From: an uncultured Cytophagia bacterium
GTDB taxonomy: Bacteria; Zhuqueibacterota; Zhuqueibacteria; Oleimicrobiales; Geothermoviventaceae
Assembly (NCBI GenBank): GCA_964644845.1
Contig: CAZXXS010000097.1
Coordinates: 153,838-217,837, forward strand
Reading direction: 5' to 3'
Length of the DNA: 64,000 bases
Shown here: positions 62,954 to 64,000 of the stretch, piece by piece
Layout of the letters: every line of letters starts with the position of its first letter
How positions within the stretch are numbered: position 1 is the first letter of the stretch
Made by a program: the position numbers and the translations under genes
The notes under the pieces: model-generated
Database searches by the model: none
Seen by the model: only the letters and a program-made list of their open reading frames with translations
Told to the model about the DNA's origin: nothing

Positions 62954-64000
62954 CTGCTGGCAGTGTGTGAACAACACTACTGGGCTGGGACCCAAAGGGG
63001 GGCAGATTCGTGTCCGTGGTCTCTTTGTGCCAACCGAACCTTCGCGCGGCGCATCTCAGTGAGGCAAGAGTCGACCCAGAAGAGGGAGAGGGCCCAGGTC
63101 GAAACTGTCTCTGTACTGCCACAAAGGGGGACTGCCACGTTACACTTTCTGCAGGCGAGGCGCAAAGCACTGCGCGGCTTGCAGTGCGGCGGGGCGACGT
63201 CGGCGGTGGGCTGCGTGTTGAGATTTCCGGGTGACGGTGTCGAACACGGCTTGAGGCTGTGGGACCTGAAGAAACAGCGCGCTGGCCGAGTGCGCGCTTC
63301 CGCGTGTCTCGATGCCGTTTGAGCCGTCCGAAGCCCCACAAGCTTTGATCCCTTGCCACCGGGATCCCTCGTGCCCAGCTCGCAGAAAGTCCGGTGCGCC
63401 GTGTTTTCGGTTTCCTACCTTAGTCGCCTTGTCTCGTGCTGGATGCTTCGAGCCGTCCTGAACGGAGGCCCGAGCGCGGCGGTTTCTTCGGGAAAGCAGA
63501 ACACGTCTTGTAGCGGGATGCGGCTCTTCCGGCTGGGCAGCCACGGGGGAGCAGGCTTCGGGGTAGCCAGAGTTCGTCGCAGTCTGCCTACAGTCTTGTT
63601 GCTGTCGCGACCGCCTACCTTCCTTCCAGAAAAAGAAGCAACCGTGCAGACAAAAAGATTCTTCACAGGATTCTCGGCGTACCGTTTTTTCCTGCCCTTC
63701 GGTAAGGCCTGCTTTCGGGGTAGTCCTCATGCTGGTTGTGCCGGTTTTCCCTGGACGGAATGTACCGAGAGGTACACTTGCGTGTACCCGGTTGTTCAAA
63801 GCGGGTTTCTGGCGGGTTGGAGAAAGCGGTTTGGAGCAACCGGTTGCTTGGAGTGAGTGGATGTAAGTCCTTAACAAACAAGTAGGATTGTGGTTTGCGC
63901 AACGAGTTCTCAGCTTCCGGAACAATCTGGCACGCGGCTTGCGAAAGGCGAGTGGGAGGCTCAAACGGAGAATGACATGCGAGGTTGGTTCAGAAAAATT

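Overview
This 64-kb window looks like a single chromosomal segment from a high-GC (about 58-60%) thermophile-like bacterium. Its gene content points to the FCB group (Rhodothermaeota/Bacteroidota-like). The evidence is a SprA/Sov-like giant outer-membrane protein, a cargo protein with a T9SS C-terminal sorting domain, a UpxY-type NusG paralog, an animal-type glutaminyl cyclase lipoprotein, and a CIRCE element in front of groESL. I recognised about 40 protein-coding genes and almost all are housekeeping. Left to right: a minus-strand sulfur-trafficking operon (SQR-DUF1641-TusE/DsrC-DsrE) with a MarR regulator; a UPF0182 membrane protein; aminotransferase-gcvT; a ComB-like phosphatase; thiE; ftsK; an exopolysaccharide export set (LolA-like, Wzc-type tyrosine kinase with a poly-Tyr tail, short Wza-like protein, UpxY); lptF/lptG; the SprA-like gene in an apparent operon with a glutaminyl cyclase-like M28 lipoprotein, prmA and a conserved hypothetical; the 1066-aa T9SS cargo protein; PilZ, YigZ, a CorC/TlyC hemolysin-family protein, rlmH, a KH protein; groES-groEL; gcvH-gcvPA; accB-accC; efp; a mannoside-utilisation cluster (GH2 beta-mannosidase, GH130 phosphorylase, a GT4 fusion protein, a CDF transporter, a GH-D-like lipoprotein); an NAD(P)HX epimerase; and pgi. 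I found no rRNA, CRISPR array, transposase, integrase or recognisable defence genes, and no tRNA was convincingly visible by eye. The unusual material is non-coding. A 1.4-kb ORF-free island (about 3500-4920) holds two 69-nt direct repeats and a third related unit, all built from the same two hairpin types. A consensus sigma70-like promoter drives a roughly 180-nt terminated leader or sRNA in front of the aminotransferase. Several 0.6-1.3-kb ORF-poor gaps remain (1-708, 8535-9550, 23178-24160, 40574-41500, 48177-49000, 52598-53529, 62954-64000). There is a 7-2-7 operator palindrome over the CDF transporter start. I could not identify a multi-gene novel system with confidence. The best candidates for follow-up are the hairpin-repeat island, the sprA-cyclase operon linkage, and the sulfur-relay module.
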